Shown: one piece after another, positions 59,965 through 64,000 of the stretch
Layout: every line of letters starts with the position of its first letter
Numbering within the stretch: position 1 is the stretch's first letter
Assembly (NCBI GenBank): GCA_965237415.1
Contig: CBDEFM010000002.1
Span: forward strand, 1,856,001 to 1,920,000
Reading direction: 5' to 3'
DNA: 64,000 nt
Source of the DNA: Alphaproteobacteria bacterium
GTDB taxonomy: Bacteria > Pseudomonadota > Alphaproteobacteria > UBA828
Position numbers and translations under genes: made by a program
Notes under the pieces: generated by a model
Database searches by the model: none
What the model saw: only the letters and a program-made list of their open reading frames with translations
What the model was told of the DNA's origin: nothing

Positions 59965-60429
59965 TCAGCTCGGAGCGAGCAGCTCCCTCACCAATCCACT
60001 CGCCTTGGCGAAGTCCATGCGGCCCGGATATTTTTGCTTCAGGCACGCCATCGTGCGGCCCATGTCTTTGATAGTGCAGGCATTTAAGTCGTCCACGACG
60101 CCGCGCACGGCTGACACCAGATCATCGCCCTCGATTGCCGCCGGCAGGAATGTCTGGATGACGACGATCTCCTCGGCTTCTCGTTCCGCAAGGTCGATGC
60201 GGCCGCCCCGCTCGTACTGCTCGATGCTCTCGCGCCGCTGGCGGATCATCGTTTGCAGCAGAGCCAGGATGTGCGGGTCGTCCAGCTCGCCATTGCCATT
60301 GCCATTGCCGCGCTCGGCAATGCCGCGATCCTTGAGCGCTGCAAGAATGAGCCTGACTGTCGCCACCCGACAGGGTTCGCGCGCTTTCATTGCAAGCGTA
60401 AGCGCGTCCTCCAGCTGCCGTCGCAGCAT
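59965..60429 (-). CDS. GatB/YqeY domain-containing protein
   Basis: MIRQRRESIEQYERGGRIDLAERE, IKDMGRTM, GRMDF; usual position upstream of dnaG. Confidence 0.92.
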   Translation of the reverse strand: MLRRQLEDALTLAMKAREPCRVATVRLILAALKDRGIAERGNGNGNGELDDPHILALLQTMIRQRRESIEQYERGGRIDLAEREAEEIVVIQTFLPAAIEGDDLVSAVRGVVDDLNACTIKDMGRTMACLKQKYPGRMDFAKASGLVRELLAPS

Positions 60430-60460
60430 GGGCACCCTCCCCTCGCTTGGAATGTTGCGG

Positions 60461-60488
60461 ACTATAGACACCCGGCGGCGGCGATCAA
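60461..60488 (-). promoter_or_regulatory. Putative yqeY-dnaG promoter TTGATC-N16-TATAGT
   Basis: Minus-strand match about 30 bp upstream of the yqeY ATG. A divergent TTGACA toward carA lies at 60502. Confidence 0.5.
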
Positions 60489-60674
60489 CGACGATTCGCC
60501 CTTGACAAGAATGTCGTTTCTCTACGGGTGCTTCCGGCGACGAACTTGGCCCCCGGCGCGCCCGCAATGGGAGAATGGGGTCGATGCTTGACCCCGGCAA
60601 GGCCCCGACTACACTGCGCGCACCACTGATCGGACAGGGCGGCGGCAAGGCGCGGCCGGTCCGCAGGAAAATCG

Positions 60675-61826
60675 ATGTCCGGGACTGGATCGCCCACCGC
60701 CACTGCGGCGCTCGCGCTCGCCGACGGAACGGTCTTTCACGGCCGCGGCCTCGGCGCGCAGGGCGAAGCCGTGGGCGAGATCTGCTTCAACACCGCGATG
60801 AGCGGCTACCAGGAGATCCTGACCGATCCGTCCTACGCCGGGCAGATCATCACCTTCACCTTTCCCCATATCGGCAATGTCGGAACCAACGAGGACGACC
60901 TGGAGTCAGGCACGCCGGCGGCGCTCGGGCTGGTGCTCCGCGCCGACGTCACCGAGCCATCCAACTGGCGCGCCGTGCAGCACCTCGAACGCTGGCTCGA
61001 ACGGCGCGGCCTCATCGGCATCGCCGGCGTCGATACGCGGCGCCTGACCCGCCTGCTGCGCACGGCCGGCGCACAGGACGGCGCGCTCGTTTACACGTCC
61101 GAGCCGAAGGCGATCGACGAGGCCCAGCTCATCGCCAAGGCCCGCGCCTGGCCGGGGCTGGAGGGCATGGACCTCGCCAAGGAGGTCAGCTGCCGCCAAG
61201 TCCACGATTGGACCGAGACCGCCTGGGATTTCGGGACCGGCGCCTACGGCACCGTCTCCGCGCCGCGCCACCATGTCGTCGCGGTGGATTACGGCGCCAA
61301 GCGGAACATCCTGCGCTCGCTCGCCTCGGCCGGCTGCCGGGTGACCGTCGTGCCCGCCACGGCGGACGCCGGGTCGATCCTCGTGCACGAGCCGGACGGC
61401 ATCTTTCTCTCCAACGGGCCGGGCGACCCGGCCGCGACCGGCGACTATGCGGTGCCGGTCATCCGGTCGCTGATGGCGAGCGGCTTGCCGATCTTCGGCA
61501 TCTGCCTCGGCCACCAGTTGCTCGCGCTCGCGCTCGGCGCGGAGACGAGGAAGATGCCCTTCGGCCATCGCGGCGCCAATCACCCGGTCAAGGAGCTGGC
61601 GACCGGGCGGGTCGAGATCACGAGCCAGAACCACGGCTTCGAGGTGACGGCCGACTCGCTGCCGCGCGGCGTCACGGCGACGCACGTCTCCCTCTTCGAC
61701 GGCACGCTGGAGGGTCTTGCCGTCGATGATCGGCCGATCTTCTCGGTCCAGTACCATCCGGAGGCGTCGCCCGGACCGCAGGATGCCCAGCATCTCTTCG
61801 CCCGGTTCGTCGCGCTGATGGGCTGA
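60675..61826 (+). CDS. carA: Carbamoyl-phosphate synthase small subunit
   Basis: [53 protein letters not shown]. Confidence 0.97.
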   Translation: MSGTGSPTATAALALADGTVFHGRGLGAQGEAVGEICFNTAMSGYQEILTDPSYAGQIITFTFPHIGNVGTNEDDLESGTPAALGLVLRADVTEPSNWRAVQHLERWLERRGLIGIAGVDTRRLTRLLRTAGAQDGALVYTSEPKAIDEAQLIAKARAWPGLEGMDLAKEVSCRQVHDWTETAWDFGTGAYGTVSAPRHHVVAVDYGAKRNILRSLASAGCRVTVVPATADAGSILVHEPDGIFLSNGPGDPAATGDYAVPVIRSLMASGLPIFGICLGHQLLALALGAETRKMPFGHRGANHPVKELATGRVEITSQNHGFEVTADSLPRGVTATHVSLFDGTLEGLAVDDRPIFSVQYHPEASPGPQDAQHLFARFVALMG

Positions 61827-61843
61827 CGGCCGGCGCTAACGCC

Positions 61844-64000
61844 ATGCCAAGGCGCACCGACATCGGCTCGATCATGGTGATCGGGGCCGGCCCCATCGTG
61901 ATCGGCCAGGCCTGCGAGTTCGACTATTCGGGCACGCAAGCCTGCAAGGCGCTCAAGGACGAAGGCTACCGGGTCGTCCTGGTGAACTCGAACCCGGCGA
62001 CGATCATGACCGATCCCGAGTTCGCCGATGCAACCTATATCGAGCCGATCACGCCCGACATCGTGGGGCAGATCGTCGCTGCCGAGAAGCCGGACGCCCT
62101 GCTGCCGACCATGGGCGGGCAGACCGCGCTGAACACGGCGCTGGCACTCGCCGACGACGGCACCCTCGCGCGCCATGGCGTGGACCTGATCGGCGCGTCG
62201 CGGGTCGCCATCGAGGTCGCGGAGGACCGCGAGGCTTTCCGCGAGGCGATGAAGGAGATCGGCCTGGAATGCCCGAAGAGCCGCATCGCGCGCTCGCTCG
62301 ACGAGGCCCGCCAGGCGCTCGATCTGGTGGGATTACCGACCATCATCCGGCCCTCCTACACGCTCGGCGGCACCGGCGGCGGGATCGCCTACAACCGTGC
62401 CGAGTTCGCCGAGCTTGCGGCTGCCGGCATCGCCGCCTCGCCTGCCGGCGAAATCCTGGTCGAGGAATCGGTCCTCGGCTGGAAAGAGTTCGAGATGGAG
62501 GTCGTGCGCGACAAGGCGGACAACGCCATCGTCGTCTGCTCCATCGAGAACCTCGACCCGATGGGCATCCATACCGGCGATTCGATCACCGTAGCGCCGG
62601 CGCTCACGCTCACCGACAAGGAGTATCAGTTGATGCGCAACGCCGCCATCGCGGTGCTGCGCAAGGTCGGCGTCGAGACCGGCGGCTCCAACGTCCAGTT
62701 CGCCGTCGATCCGGCCACCGGCCGGCTGCTGGTGATCGAGATGAACCCGCGGGTCTCGCGCTCGTCGGCCCTCGCCTCCAAGGCGACCGGGTTCCCCATC
62801 GCCAAGGTCGCGGCCAAGCTCGCGGTCGGCTACACCCTCGACGAGATCGCGAACGACATTACTGGCGTCACGCCCGCCTCCTTCGAGCCCGCCATCGACT
62901 ATGTGGTGACCAAGGTCCCGCGCTTCGCGTTCGAGAAGTTCCCCGGCGCCGAGCCCCTGCTCACCACCTCGATGAAGTCGGTCGGCGAGGCCATGGCGAT
63001 CGGACGCACCTTCTGCGAATCGCTGCAGAAGGCGCTGCGCTCCATGGAGACCGGGCTCACCGGCCTCGACGAGATCGACTTTCCCGGCGCCGAAGAAGGC
63101 GACGACGAGGCGATCCTGGCCGCGCTCGGCCAGCCGAGGCCCGATCGCCTGCTCATGATCGCGGAAGCGCTGAGGCGCGGCGTTACCATCGAGGCGGTCC
63201 ACCGGGCCTGCGCCGTCGATCCCTGGTTCCTGCGCGAGATCGAGGTGATCGTCCGGGCCGAGGCGGAGGTCCGCGCGAACGGACTGCCGGGCGACGTGCA
63301 CGCCCTGCGCCGGCTGAAGGCTTTGGGTTTCGGCGACCGAAGGCTCGCCACCCTCGCGGACACCGACGAAGCGGCGGTCGCGGCGAAACGCGCCGCGCTC
63401 GGCGTCCACCCGGTGTTCAAGCGGATCGACACCTGCGCGGCCGAGTTCGAATCGCGCACGCCCTACATGTATTCCTGCTACGAGACCGCGAGCGGCGACG
63501 CGCTGCCGGAATGCGAGGCGGAGCCCAGTGACCGGCGCAAGGTCGTCATCCTGGGCGGCGGGCCGAATCGGATCGGCCAGGGCATCGAGTTCGACTATTG
63601 CTGCGTCCACGCGGCCTACGCGCTCAAGGACGCGGGCTTCGAGACCATCATGGTCAACTGCAACCCGGAGACCGTCTCCACCGACTACGACACCTCCGAC
63701 CGGCTCTATTTCGAGCCGCTCACCATCGAGACCGTGCTCGACATCGTCCGCGTCGAGCAGAGCACAGGCGAATTGGTTGGCCTCAACATCCAGTTCGGCG
63801 GGCAGACGCCGCTCAGGCTTGCCAAGGCGCTGGAGGCGGCTGGGGTGCCCATCCTCGGTACGGCGCCCGATGCGATCGACCTGGCCGAGGACCGGGACCG
63901 TTTCCGGACCTTGCTGAGAGACCTGGGACTCAGACAGCCCGAGAACGAGACCTGCACCTCCAGCGCAGAGGCGCGCGCCATCGCCGAGCGCATCGGCTAC
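61844..64000 (+). CDS. carB: Carbamoyl-phosphate synthase large subunit (runs off the window)
   Basis: ATG at 61844: [30 protein letters not shown]..., [44 protein letters not shown]. Confidence 0.97.
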   Translation, partial: MPRRTDIGSIMVIGAGPIVIGQACEFDYSGTQACKALKDEGYRVVLVNSNPATIMTDPEFADATYIEPITPDIVGQIVAAEKPDALLPTMGGQTALNTALALADDGTLARHGVDLIGASRVAIEVAEDREAFREAMKEIGLECPKSRIARSLDEARQALDLVGLPTIIRPSYTLGGTGGGIAYNRAEFAELAAAGIAASPAGEILVEESVLGWKEFEMEVVRDKADNAIVVCSIENLDPMGIHTGDSITVAPALTLTDKEYQLMRNAAIAVLRKVGVETGGSNVQFAVDPATGRLLVIEMNPRVSRSSALASKATGFPIAKVAAKLAVGYTLDEIANDITGVTPASFEPAIDYVVTKVPRFAFEKFPGAEPLLTTSMKSVGEAMAIGRTFCESLQKALRSMETGLTGLDEIDFPGAEEGDDEAILAALGQPRPDRLLMIAEALRRGVTIEAVHRACAVDPWFLREIEVIVRAEAEVRANGLPGDVHALRRLKALGFGDRRLATLADTDEAAVAAKRAALGVHPVFKRIDTCAAEFESRTPYMYSCYETASGDALPECEAEPSDRRKVVILGGGPNRIGQGIEFDYCCVHAAYALKDAGFETIMVNCNPETVSTDYDTSDRLYFEPLTIETVLDIVRVEQSTGELVGLNIQFGGQTPLRLAKALEAAGVPILGTAPDAIDLAEDRDRFRTLLRDLGLRQPENETCTSSAEARAIAERIGY

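Overview
A high-GC (roughly 68% by eye) alphaproteobacterial chromosome segment. The taxonomic call rests on the carB-carA / yqeY-dnaG-rpoD synteny at the right end and on an Irr-type Fur regulator. The left ~36 kb is a dense nitrogen/N-heterocycle catabolic region. It holds a flavin monooxygenase broken by a 125-bp tandem duplication, a MetE-like protein, and a complete ureABCEFGD+ureH operon whose UreC keeps all nickel ligands but has a rewritten substrate pocket. Next come a block of three truncated genes, a split PEP-dikinase pair plus four-subunit molybdenum hydroxylase plus HD-domain cluster, and an IclR-associated hydantoinase/SDR/Mo-hydroxylase operon. That operon runs straight into a pyruvoyl-type histidine decarboxylase, a Pot-like ABC importer and a histamine-dehydrogenase-like flavoenzyme. 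The right part carries CoA metabolism genes, ilvA, an orphan CoxL-like subunit, rubrerythrin/Irr, a molybdopterin oxidoreductase, an Fe(III) ABC transporter, an amidase and housekeeping genes. The two best candidates for an undescribed system are the histidine-to-histamine make/import/oxidise module and the altered-pocket urease paralog. No rRNA, tRNA, CRISPR array or transposase was recognised. All family calls come from motif recognition by eye, not database searches.
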